This document shows positions 38,341 to 47,636 of a stretch of DNA of 64,000 nt, in pieces. Numbering within the stretch: position 1 is the stretch's first letter; each line of letters opens with the position of its first letter. Origin of the DNA: Candidatus Poribacteria bacterium (GTDB lineage Bacteria > Poribacteria > WGA-4E > JAJDTR01); NCBI GenBank assembly GCA_965222225.1, contig CBDCTK010000002.1:4352001-4416000 (forward strand). Direction: 5' to 3'. The notes below the pieces were generated by a model. The model searched no databases, had not been told where the DNA came from, and saw only the letters and a list, made by a program, of their open reading frames with translations. The position numbers were made by a program, and so were the translations under genes.

Positions 38341-39177
38341 ATGAACATGATTATTGCTAGATTCACACTTTTCGCTATCAGTTCTTTATTCGTAAGCTTA
38401 ACCTTAACGGATGTCGCTCATTCCCAGCCTTTTTTGAAAAATGCGGTGGCAATCTGGCTTTTCGACGAAGGCAGGGGCAAAGAAGTTACCGATTTTGCCC
38501 GCAATGACCACGACGGGGAGTTCGCTGGAAAACCCGAATGGGTTCCTGCCAAATTTGGGACAGGTTTGAAATTCCTCGGCGCAGACCAAAATACGTGGGT
38601 AGACATTGAACGTCCGGTCGTCGTGAACTCGGTTGATTTGAGTATCGGATGCTGGATGCTTCCAAGCAACCCGCAAGAGCGGTTCCAAAATGTACTTTCC
38701 GGTCGAGACGGAGAGATATCGGACGCCGGAATCGCCCTTCTGCAATACGAAAATACCACCAATAATTATCGGATTGCTATTGGAGGCGTGTTCAATTGGC
38801 AGGGGTTGGGAAATCCCAGGCATACTGCCAAGGTAGTTAAAGATGAATGGACGCATCTGGTTTTCGTGCGCGAAGGTAGGAACGGGATATGGTATATAAA
38901 CGGCGAACCCGATCGCCCGAAACGCGGGAACTTTCATATTGATACAGGTTCCAATAGACCTGCGAAACCTACCGATACGAATTTCCGCATAGGAGCCGCC
39001 GCATTTGATGAAAACCGGCGCTACCGAGGCGTTCTTGACGAGGCGTTTATATTTGAAAGAGCGCTGAGTCAAGAGGAGGTTCAACTCATCATGAACGAAG
39101 GATTCCTAGAAGCGCAAAATGTGGACGCCAAGGGCAAAGCCGCAACTGTCTGGGGCAGAATAAAATCGTCGCGTTAG
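38341..39177 (+). CDS. Secreted LamG-like protein 4
   Basis: Tandem paralog of protein 3; ends VDAKGKAATVWGRIK. Confidence 0.9.
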   Translation: MNMIIARFTLFAISSLFVSLTLTDVAHSQPFLKNAVAIWLFDEGRGKEVTDFARNDHDGEFAGKPEWVPAKFGTGLKFLGADQNTWVDIERPVVVNSVDLSIGCWMLPSNPQERFQNVLSGRDGEISDAGIALLQYENTTNNYRIAIGGVFNWQGLGNPRHTAKVVKDEWTHLVFVREGRNGIWYINGEPDRPKRGNFHIDTGSNRPAKPTDTNFRIGAAAFDENRRYRGVLDEAFIFERALSQEEVQLIMNEGFLEAQNVDAKGKAATVWGRIKSSR

Positions 39178-39437
39178 GCAGATGTTTCCGTGCTCAAGTC
39201 TGCGGTTAAGAATCCTCGAAATCTGAAGTCGACATTAATTATTAACTGGTAACAGGAAATCGGGATAGTTTATGTGTTACGTCTGTTCCGTTGACCTATC
39301 AGTTGATATGTCTTGCCTCACGGAAGAAGCGTATCTTGACATTATTGGGTTTCCGTGGAAGCGCCCACCTATTTCTGAATCTTCCCCTCAAAAAATTCAT
39401 GAAGACTATATTGCTAAGCGCCCGCTTAAATAATCGG

Positions 39438-40710
39438 TAGTAATGTTATTGGGACTTAGTAGTTAACTGCTTTTTGGTCGATTTGCTTGCTTTTCTCTTC
39501 TTAATGTACAATCATTTTAGACAGTGTTCGGAATCTTGATTCACACTAAAATACATCTCTATAAGAGAGAAATGGAGGCATATCATGTTGACCAAGCGTT
39601 TGTACATGCTCGCGGGAGCATTGCGGGTTATCTGCGGGATTTTAATTTCCAACACTATGGGATTTTCAGCACACCATGATGTTGTCGTTGACAGAATATA
39701 CCGATAGCCAAACAATTCATGTGGCTCAGGTGAAGCATTCATCAAAAAATCTTATGAAAATCTCATCATCTTTTCTGCGATTATATTTCCAGCAAGACTC
39801 CATGATATACAGTGGCAGCCACTTCTTGCTGTAGTGATGATGCGTTCCGTAGAATGACCTCTTGACACAAGCCCAAAACGACTCGATGGTGTTGGTGTGA
39901 GTTACGCCGTCCTCAGAAACATATCTCTCTTGGTGATGGATAACATGTCTTTCGATATCTTCGTCCAGACTATTGTAAGAGCGAAATTCATCAGTCATAA
40001 GAATAGACTCATCGGGTGAGACATTGCTAAGGATGAATTCTCTGATATTTTCACCAGATAGAACCTTCATGAATTTAGCAACCACCCGACCGCCTCTCTC
40101 GACTACGCCGATGACGGGAGATTTATTTGTGCCTCTACCTCTCTTAGATTTTGCTCTGGGTTTGCCGCCGACATAGGTTTCGTCCGCTTCAACTATCCCT
40201 TTCAGCAATTCATCACTATCACTCATTTTCTCACGGAGGCGCATTGCCATATACCAAGCGGACTTTTGATTCATGTCCAAGTCACGAGCAAGCTGACAAC
40301 TCGATATGCTTTTCTTGGCATTGGAAAGAATTGAGATAGCCAAAAACCATTTCTGGAGAGGTATCTTGGTACCATGGAAGATGGTTCCTGCTGTAGCCGA
40401 AAAGCTAGATTCACAATCGTAGCAATTCCAACCAGTAGTAATGTCGTTTTTGTTCTTGCGTCCAACTTTTTCACTGCCACAGTGGATACAGCAAACACCG
40501 TCCTTCCAACGTTTTTCCTCTATAAATCTGAGACAAGATTCTTGATTTGGAAACTCTTTCATAAGATTCAAAATGTCCATAGCAAACTCCTACGAGAAGA
40601 ATAGTCACTATGGACATCTACGTGTGACGAAAAGATTTACGACAGGGTACCAAGTTTTATGTTTGTCGTCAGTCTAAAAGCTACAAGCTACTAATTCCGA
40701 TGTTATTACC
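39438..40710 (-). mobile_element. IS1595-family insertion sequence (ends approximate)
   Basis: Imperfect terminal IRs containing TTAGTAG around the transposase; low GC. Confidence 0.65.
39726..40580 (-). CDS. IS1595-family (ISXO2-like) transposase
   Basis: Zn ribbon CxxC..CxxC, GTIF, VEADETYVGG, LMTDE, HTNTIESFW, HHYSKK. Confidence 0.95.
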   Translation of the reverse strand: MDILNLMKEFPNQESCLRFIEEKRWKDGVCCIHCGSEKVGRKNKNDITTGWNCYDCESSFSATAGTIFHGTKIPLQKWFLAISILSNAKKSISSCQLARDLDMNQKSAWYMAMRLREKMSDSDELLKGIVEADETYVGGKPRAKSKRGRGTNKSPVIGVVERGGRVVAKFMKVLSGENIREFILSNVSPDESILMTDEFRSYNSLDEDIERHVIHHQERYVSEDGVTHTNTIESFWACVKRSFYGTHHHYSKKWLPLYIMESCWKYNRRKDDEIFIRFFDECFT

Positions 40711-40922
40711 GGTGGTTTGAGGGTGGGCGTTTTTATGTTTTTTCAGTCGCCTCCGATTTACCTAGAAGATATCTATCGCATTGGGATCTCAATCACATTC
40801 CTTGTTCGGTCATGTGATTCATTCGCACGCTTAATTGCAGGGGTCACTATCCATTCCTTTGATCGCGCGCTTCAAGAGTGCTGATGATAAACTTGGTTTT
40901 AAGCGAATGGTGATAAAAGAAG

Positions 40923-41762
40923 ATGTTTCTTCGATCAGGCTCTAAAGTAACGCTTTTCGGCATCAGTTTTTTATTCGTTTGCTTGATATTTACGAGCACC
41001 GCTCATTCACAGCCGTTTCTGAGAAAAGCCGTGGCAATCTGGCTTTTTGACGAAGGCACGGGTAAGAAAGTAAACGATTTTGCCCGCAATGGCCACGATG
41101 GCGAGTTTACTGGAAAGCCCGAATGGGTACCTGGTAAATTTGGAACAGGATTGAAATTCGCAGGTGCGGATGACAACCAGTGGGTAGACATTGAGCGTCC
41201 GGTCGTCGTAGACTCCGTTGATTTTAGCATCGGATGCTGGATGCTCCCGGGTGCCCCGCAGCACTGGCACCAAAATCCGCTTTCCGGTCGGCCCGCGGAT
41301 GCGTCGGACGAAGGCATTGCTATTGCACAGTACGAAAACGCTGTCAATAGCTATCGAATGGTTATCGGAGGAGTGTTCAATTGGGAGGGGTTGGGCAATC
41401 CGAGAAACTCTGCCAGGCTTAATCAGGATGAATGGACTCATCTGGTTTTCGTGCGCGAGGGCAAAGGAGGGACATGGTACAAAAACGGCCAGCCCGATCG
41501 CCCAAAGCGCGGCAATTTTTACATTAATATTGGAAATGACAATCCCGTGAATGCTACCGAGACGAATTTCCGCATCGGAGCCGCGTCATTTGATGAATTA
41601 CGGCGTTACCGAGGTATACTTGACGAAGCGTTTGTATTTGAAAGGGCGCTGAGTCAAGAGGAAGTTCAACGAATCATGAACGAAGGATTTGAGGAAGCGC
41701 AAGACGTCGATTCCAAGGGCAAAACCGCAACGGTATGGGGGAGGATAAAGACCTCGCGTTAA
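40923..41762 (+). CDS. Secreted LamG-like protein 5 (native start at 39399 separated by the insertion; alternative ATG inside the element end)
   Basis: Paralog of proteins 3 and 4 from KVTLF onward; ends VDSKGKTATVWGRIK. Confidence 0.75.
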   Translation: MFLRSGSKVTLFGISFLFVCLIFTSTAHSQPFLRKAVAIWLFDEGTGKKVNDFARNGHDGEFTGKPEWVPGKFGTGLKFAGADDNQWVDIERPVVVDSVDFSIGCWMLPGAPQHWHQNPLSGRPADASDEGIAIAQYENAVNSYRMVIGGVFNWEGLGNPRNSARLNQDEWTHLVFVREGKGGTWYKNGQPDRPKRGNFYINIGNDNPVNATETNFRIGAASFDELRRYRGILDEAFVFERALSQEEVQRIMNEGFEEAQDVDSKGKTATVWGRIKTSR

Positions 41763-41835
41763 CATAGCTTTATCGTTCCGAGGTTTGCCGTTAAAACTCC
41801 GAGAAAACTGAAGTCGAACTATCAGCCTATAACAG

Positions 41836-41882
41836 AATAAAATAACCCCATCTCGACACATTTGAGATGGGGTTATTTTATT
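41836..41882. terminator. Bidirectional intrinsic terminator
   Basis: AATAAAATAACCCCATCTC-9-GAGATGGGGTTATTTTATT, perfect 19-bp IR. Confidence 0.8.
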
Positions 41883-41912
41883 TGTCCGACGATGACAAGG
41901 GGGGTGATTTGG

Positions 41913-43799
41913 ATGCTTATCATAGCTCGGGGCAATTTCCGGAGGGGCAGGAATGCCAGCAAACGCCCCACTAGGGCGCCGCACGGGACGCAAGATATTC
42001 CTTTTAAGTTCTTTCTACTGCTTCTCCTCTTTCTGCTTCACGCTGTCGCAATTGCCCAAGCGAATGAGTTGCTTGATTTCAATGAACTCGTTCCACGATA
42101 TGAAAAGGCTGTCAGGAAGGGCCAGTCATCAATTGCCGCACACATGAATCTCGGTTTCGTCTATCTTGCGTTGGCAGCGATGGACCAAGCGATACTTGAG
42201 TTCGAGGAGGCGCTCCGTCTGGATGTCATGCCCGCGGAGCAATACTATTGGCTTGGGCGGCTTGATTACCTTCGAACGAAATCTGACGACGCCATACCTT
42301 CTTTTCAGTCAGCGATACAACTGCTGCCAACCTGGGGAGAGGCACACGCAGAATTGGGATTGTGCTACTATCAGCTTCACCGTTATGATGAGGCGGAAAC
42401 CGCTTTCGAGCAAGCTCTTTCGCTAATTGCGTCGTCACCGCCCCACCGCTACAAATTTGCTCCACCTACAATTCTCGCGAAAGATCCGGACTGGAAAAAT
42501 AAGGTAGCCCCGCTGTCTCAGGCAAATATCGCATACTACCTGAGTTTAATCGCTTTTTCACGAAGTCATTTTGCCAAAGCCGCCGAATACTGCCAACAAG
42601 CGATTGCCTTGGATCCTGAAATTGCCGAAGCGCACATGCAACTCGGGTTAGTCTACCTCCAAAAGAAGGAGTGGGATGCAGCCGAGAACTCGATCCTAGA
42701 GGCAATTCGGATTACCCCCAAGTTGGCGAGTGCGCATTATCAATTGGGGTTACTCTATTTCAAACGCGGCAAGGTGCAGGAGGCAACGGAATCGATGGAA
42801 CAATCCCAGCAGATTAACAAGGCTGAAGAGCAACTTCTCGAACAACGCGTCGGCACGATGCGTAACAAGAAAAAGGGACCTGTACTCTCTAACCTTGGCC
42901 AAATATACTTGAATGAAAAGAAATTCGATGCTGCAATCCGAGAATATAGGAAGGCTCTGTGGCATGAACCGAATCTTGCCGAAGCACACAACGGACTCGG
43001 ATTTGCCTATGCGATGCGCGGACAGTTTGAGGAAGCGATAGCCGCTCAGCAACGAGCGCTTGAATTGAAGCCGGGGATGGCGGAAGCCTATATCGGTCTT
43101 GGAATGGCCCGGCTGAAGCAGGCAGAAATCTCTCAAAGTGAGGATGACTATGAATCGGCCCTTTCAGCCTATCGCAAGGCGGCGGAGTTGAAGCCCGATC
43201 TTCCGGAAGCGCTACGGAACATCGGCAATATTGCCTCAACGTTATCACGGGATAAAGAAGCCGAAGTTGCGTATCAGAAATTGTCAGAACTCCAGCCAAA
43301 TCTTCCCAGTGCGCACATGGCTCTCGGGCAAATCTATAAACGGAAAGAAGAATTCCAAAAGGCGACTTACCATTTTTGGGAAGCACTCAAGCGAAATTCC
43401 AACCTCATCAAAGCGCATCACAATCTAGGATTCATCGCTGCCCACCACAAGAAATATGATGAAGCCATCGAACATTTCGAAGCGGCGCTCAAGATCCGAT
43501 CCGAAAGAGCGGATACGCATTACTTTCTTGCGGAAGTCTATTTTGAACAGGAGGAGTTTGAAAAAGCGGACCGGATGTACAGGCGCGCGCTTGAACTTCA
43601 ACCTTCCTTTGCCAAAGCATCAGAGCGACTCGCACATCTTTACAATACACTCTCGCGTACGGCGTATCTCAAGAAAGATTATGTCAGCGCTGAACGTGCC
43701 ATGAAACAGGCTTTGGCATTGCAACCCGAGAAGCCACTGTATCGGGAAGTTCTAAAGGCCATTCAGAAAGCCATCAGTGACGAGGAAGAAGTGAAATAA
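41913..43799 (+). CDS. Tetratricopeptide repeat protein, probably exported
   Basis: Many AH.NLG..Y..G...EA...Y..AL...P repeats; N-terminal hydrophobic segment; start uncertain. Confidence 0.9.
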   Translation: MLIIARGNFRRGRNASKRPTRAPHGTQDIPFKFFLLLLLFLLHAVAIAQANELLDFNELVPRYEKAVRKGQSSIAAHMNLGFVYLALAAMDQAILEFEEALRLDVMPAEQYYWLGRLDYLRTKSDDAIPSFQSAIQLLPTWGEAHAELGLCYYQLHRYDEAETAFEQALSLIASSPPHRYKFAPPTILAKDPDWKNKVAPLSQANIAYYLSLIAFSRSHFAKAAEYCQQAIALDPEIAEAHMQLGLVYLQKKEWDAAENSILEAIRITPKLASAHYQLGLLYFKRGKVQEATESMEQSQQINKAEEQLLEQRVGTMRNKKKGPVLSNLGQIYLNEKKFDAAIREYRKALWHEPNLAEAHNGLGFAYAMRGQFEEAIAAQQRALELKPGMAEAYIGLGMARLKQAEISQSEDDYESALSAYRKAAELKPDLPEALRNIGNIASTLSRDKEAEVAYQKLSELQPNLPSAHMALGQIYKRKEEFQKATYHFWEALKRNSNLIKAHHNLGFIAAHHKKYDEAIEHFEAALKIRSERADTHYFLAEVYFEQEEFEKADRMYRRALELQPSFAKASERLAHLYNTLSRTAYLKKDYVSAERAMKQALALQPEKPLYREVLKAIQKAISDEEEVK

Positions 43800-43924
43800 A
43801 CAGTTTTAGGTGGTCGAAATTCAACTGCTTGATGCGAATAAGGGATAAAAGGCCAAATGGACTTCCCTGAATATCTGACGAGGATGAATTAGCTTTAGCC
43901 GCGCGATAATGCAAAAGACAGTCG

Positions 43925-44193
43925 TCACAAGACGTGCAGTATTGTAGGGGCTTGTACTGATTCCCAGCAACTCCTACTGGATTGTGCAAATGGAATCCGT
44001 GTGTTACTCCGCGCATTCGACCCATTATTCACTGTTTTACAGCACAATTTGCAATCTCCTCGTTTTGACGGCGGCAAATGTTCCGCTGAAGAAGCTCTCT
44101 TCCAAGTTCGCATTCGGTCAAGCCGAGTTGCTCACCATCTATATTATGCTGAACCTGTCGGCGGCTTTAGTGGTCTATTCGCTAAAAGAATAA
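43925..44193 (+). pseudogene. Remnant of a DUF6785-like polytopic membrane protein N-terminus
   Basis: RAVL*GLVLIPSNSYWIVQME...LKKLSSKFAFGQAELLTIYIML; internal stop and early truncation. Confidence 0.55.
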
Positions 44194-44229
44194 TGTATAA
44201 GGTAGGGGTATTTTGGTAATTGTCTGAAT

Positions 44230-44405
44230 GGAATCTCTATCAGGATTTTCTATGGGAACTCTAGCGCGTGGGAACTACTATCGCACTCCCTATTCGGCCG
44301 TTCGATCCTATCCGGTCAGTTGCTCCTTCGTTAACCACTCAGTCGATCGCACCTTTGTCAGTCGCTTGATTTATTCGCTCAGTCGATCTTATTCGGTCAC
44401 TTGAT
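44230..44405 (+). repeat. Nested cluster of the micro-element
   Basis: Four stacked left halves, then about six right halves, ending at a REP arm CCACCCTAC. Confidence 0.75.
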
Positions 44406-44631
44406 TCCACCCTACAAGTATTATTGTCGGCAATCGGAATTCCCTCCTACAAGCGACACCCGTGGGAGCCATCTCCCGCAGAGGACGCGCAGTGAGTGGC
44501 GCTATTGCAAACCGAACTGCGTAACTCCTTTAGGGGAGAATCAATTTTTTCCTTCCATTATCGCGCGGAATGCGATAGAATCTATTTCTAAATTATATCC
44601 GAGAATCAGAGTCTGCACAAAGAGTCCTACA

Positions 44632-44913
44632 GTGCTTCAATTGAGACAAAAAATCCTTGTACTTTATCTAAATACCCCGGACTTGAAGAGTCGCGTCGTT
44701 GCATGGTCAATCTTTGATGGAACAGGCAAAGAACGACATATGACAGGCGACAGCGATGAACCGCCTTACGGTTCCGTTCTTGATGCCATGAAAGACGGCT
44801 GGAGAGTGATTCAATTTCCCCAACAATTTCCGGCTTATCCGGGTATGGAATACCAAACGGCTTATCTCAGATTTGAGTACATTCTCGAAAAATTGGAGGA
44901 GATTGATGGCTGA
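44632..44913 (+). CDS. Small hypothetical protein coupled to the PhyH gene
   Basis: LRQKILVLYL...PPYGSVLDAMKDGWRVIQFP...EYILEK; overlaps the next start; start uncertain. Confidence 0.7.
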   Translation: MLQLRQKILVLYLNTPDLKSRVVAWSIFDGTGKERHMTGDSDEPPYGSVLDAMKDGWRVIQFPQQFPAYPGMEYQTAYLRFEYILEKLEEIDG

Positions 44914-45724
44914 CGAAAAGAACTTGCTCAATTCCAAGCAGATGGCGAATTTCGTGGCAGACGGGTACCTTCGTTTCGATGAGCTGGTGCCAACAGAGTT
45001 GAACGAAGCCGCCCACGCCGAGATGGAGTCTGGCAGCATCACCACGAAGGGGGCCGGAACTGTTCTGGATGAGACATGGTCCGAAAATTCCGCTGTCGGC
45101 GATGTCTTTCGTCTACCTGAAATTCGCGGCATAATAAATAGCCTGGTTGGCCCAAAACCACTTTACGATCACCATGCTGTTCATATCGTACAGCCTAATC
45201 ACAAGATAGGTCAGATATGGCATGCCGATGCCATAATTGACCTTCGACTGCACTTTGACGTTCAGTTCTTCTACTTTTGTCACAATACACCACGCGAGAT
45301 GGGAGGCACTATGATACTTCCCGGCAGTCATTACCGTCGTGTGTGCGAAACCGATGTGGCACGATATCAGAATTTCTTGGGGCAGTTGCCAGTCGTCTGC
45401 AAAGCCGGGACACTTGTTGTTGTTCACCACGGCATTTGGCACTGCGCCCAGCCGAATCTAACCAATCAAACGCGGTACATGTTCAAACTCAGGCTCAATC
45501 CAACGTCAAGGCAGCTTTGCTTGTGGGACACTGCCGATATTGATGACCCGTCAATATCCGGTATTCTCAGTCGCAATCACGAATGGTACGGCAATGAGGT
45601 GCGGCTGGAGATTGTCAATCGAATCAAGTTCTGGCGATTTTTGACTGGAGATGACAAGTTCGATGTCAGTTATTGGCTTTCCCGTCTTGAGAATCTCCCA
45701 GAGAATGTACTTGAAGCGGCTTGA
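44906..45724 (+). CDS. Phytanoyl-CoA dioxygenase (PhyH) family Fe/2OG enzyme
   Basis: FVADGYL, WHAD (HxD), LPGSH, IWH, N...RY; SD GGAGGAG. Confidence 0.9.
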   Translation: MADEKNLLNSKQMANFVADGYLRFDELVPTELNEAAHAEMESGSITTKGAGTVLDETWSENSAVGDVFRLPEIRGIINSLVGPKPLYDHHAVHIVQPNHKIGQIWHADAIIDLRLHFDVQFFYFCHNTPREMGGTMILPGSHYRRVCETDVARYQNFLGQLPVVCKAGTLVVVHHGIWHCAQPNLTNQTRYMFKLRLNPTSRQLCLWDTADIDDPSISGILSRNHEWYGNEVRLEIVNRIKFWRFLTGDDKFDVSYWLSRLENLPENVLEAA

Positions 45725-45857
45725 AGTAGGGACGTAGGTTTGATAGTCGATCAATTTGATTGGGTTTACCAGTACGTCGTTCAAATCCACCCAGTTCGGC
45801 GATTTCGCCGTAGGGAATGACGAGGGATGTCTACGGGAACTCTATCACGCTCCGTTT

Positions 45858-46892
45858 TCAGTCGATTTCGATTCGATCCCCCTCTGACAAGAGCCCAGCC
45901 TCATACACTTTCATGACCTCAAGCGCGAATTCCAAGGAGCCCTTTTCAGCAGGTGTCGAAGCGAGAACACAGTCGCAAAAATACCGCATCTCGTTATAGA
46001 AACCTTGCTTGAACAGCGCTTTATTTTCTAGGGTGGCAACACAATTTTGCGCCTCCCAGACGATGGCGCCGCTGTCGAAACCCTCCGGCGCGTAGGTTGT
46101 CGTCCGTCCAAGGTCTGGGATGATGCCCCGTTGAAGGGTCACGCTCAAATTGCTATCAATGACAACATGGCAGCTATTTCCGAAGAAACTGTAGTTTTCT
46201 AGGGGCTGTGAGTCAGCCAGGTGGAAGTTACCGATGGCGCCGCCGGAAAACTCCAGTACGCACACACCTCCGGAGGAGTTTCCACGGTGAACGGTCACCG
46301 CGGACACTTTGCCACCAACAGCGAGAAGCAGGGAAAGAGGATGGCAACCATTTTGCAACCAGTTGGTGTGTTGAAACTCTCGGAGAATTTGTACCCCATT
46401 TTCGGGTAGGGTCATGGGATAAACTGCCAAAAGGCTTAATAGCGGCGCATAGGCTTTGGTCGAGAAGACCTCAATGACCTTTTCAGTAGATGGCATGAAG
46501 GCTTTTTTGAATCCAACAACAGCGATGTTGTCTTTGCGGCAGCGAATTATCTCCTCGACCTCTGAAACGCTCAAGCCGGGAGGTTTTTCAAGCCAGACAT
46601 CCAGACCTGCGTCAAACGCGTCGCACGTCAAATTCAAGAATGTTTGAGGCGGTGTGCACAGAAAGACGGCATCCAAATTCTCATTGGCGTACATTTTCCT
46701 AGCATCGGCGTAATATCCCGATGCGCCGTATTGTGAAGCGGTCAATTTTGCCCGCCGCAAATCGATATCGCACACCGCTACAAGTGACACGGGCAGGAAG
46801 GTCATCGTCGGTAGGATATTGCGGTAGGCGTGCGAACCTACTCCGACGAGACCGACGTTTAGTTTCTTTTCGAATTCTCGTTGCTCATTCAT
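45858..46892 (-). CDS. Gfo/Idh/MocA family oxidoreductase
   Basis: VGLVGVGSH, VWLEKPP, NGCH. Confidence 0.9.
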   Translation of the reverse strand: MNEQREFEKKLNVGLVGVGSHAYRNILPTMTFLPVSLVAVCDIDLRRAKLTASQYGASGYYADARKMYANENLDAVFLCTPPQTFLNLTCDAFDAGLDVWLEKPPGLSVSEVEEIIRCRKDNIAVVGFKKAFMPSTEKVIEVFSTKAYAPLLSLLAVYPMTLPENGVQILREFQHTNWLQNGCHPLSLLLAVGGKVSAVTVHRGNSSGGVCVLEFSGGAIGNFHLADSQPLENYSFFGNSCHVVIDSNLSVTLQRGIIPDLGRTTTYAPEGFDSGAIVWEAQNCVATLENKALFKQGFYNEMRYFCDCVLASTPAEKGSLEFALEVMKVYEAGLLSEGDRIEID

Positions 46893-47636
46893 TTTTCAAA
46901 CTCCGAGGTCTTAGTCCAAATGAAGTTGGCGTGATTTATTCGTCGGGATGCGCATTGTACCGCTGGAGCCCCCGATAGGCATATTGACTGAGCTAGTAGG
47001 AAAAGCAGAGATATTATAGTATCACGAAACCGACCAGAATGTTCAATCCAAATATGTGGATTACTTAAGCGAGGTCTGAAACTCAAATCAACCGTTAGAT
47101 AAGCAAGATAATAGAGATCGGAATGAACGAATCCCATATCATCTCTCCAACTTATAGTCATTTAGTCATTGCAATTAAGAATTGTACACGTGAGATCAAC
47201 TTGGTTCGGTTCGTAGTAGCGCAATTTATTACGCGACTTCTGTCGGAGCGAGCTTTGCGTGCTACAGGAGGTCGCGATCGGGAGATCGCTCCTACAAAAA
47301 TCTTTCGTAATAACTTTCAATCATCACATCGACAGCAAGTGTGTGTAAATATGAATCTAAATGACTATAGTGGTTTATTTTCTAAGAATATTTGGTAAGT
47401 GTTTGGGGTCGGTAGTTAACATTGTCTGAACTGTGATTCATAAGATTTTGGGATTACCTTGATTGTCAGTGTTTAGTTGCCAGTGATGAGCCGACTAAAC
47501 CGTACTTTGAAGCCACTAGGATTTAGGGAAGAAACCGAGGTTTCAAGAAAAAACTCGATATCAATAAGTTTCCATAAATAACAAATATTTAGCGAATGAA
47601 CTACTTAGGGAAGGAACACAAGGAGACGGAGGTCAC

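Larger units (their letters stand above)
39418..40942. mobile_element. Composite insertion: degenerate MITE ends with a nested IS1595, in the 5' end of LamG gene 5
   Basis: TAA-GCGCCCGCTTAAATAATCGGTAG...TTCGATCAGGCTC-TAA; joining the flanks gives ...TTGCTAAAGTAACGCTTTTCG as in gene 3. Confidence 0.75.

Noticed and set aside
44230-44405. CRISPR array interpretation of the clustered GATC-containing repeats
   Set aside because: No constant repeat alternating with unique spacers of uniform length, halves are nested rather than periodic, and no cas genes are present
44401-44631. N-terminal extension of the 170-aa ORF
   Set aside because: It runs through REP and micro-element DNA; the protein-like part starts near 44632
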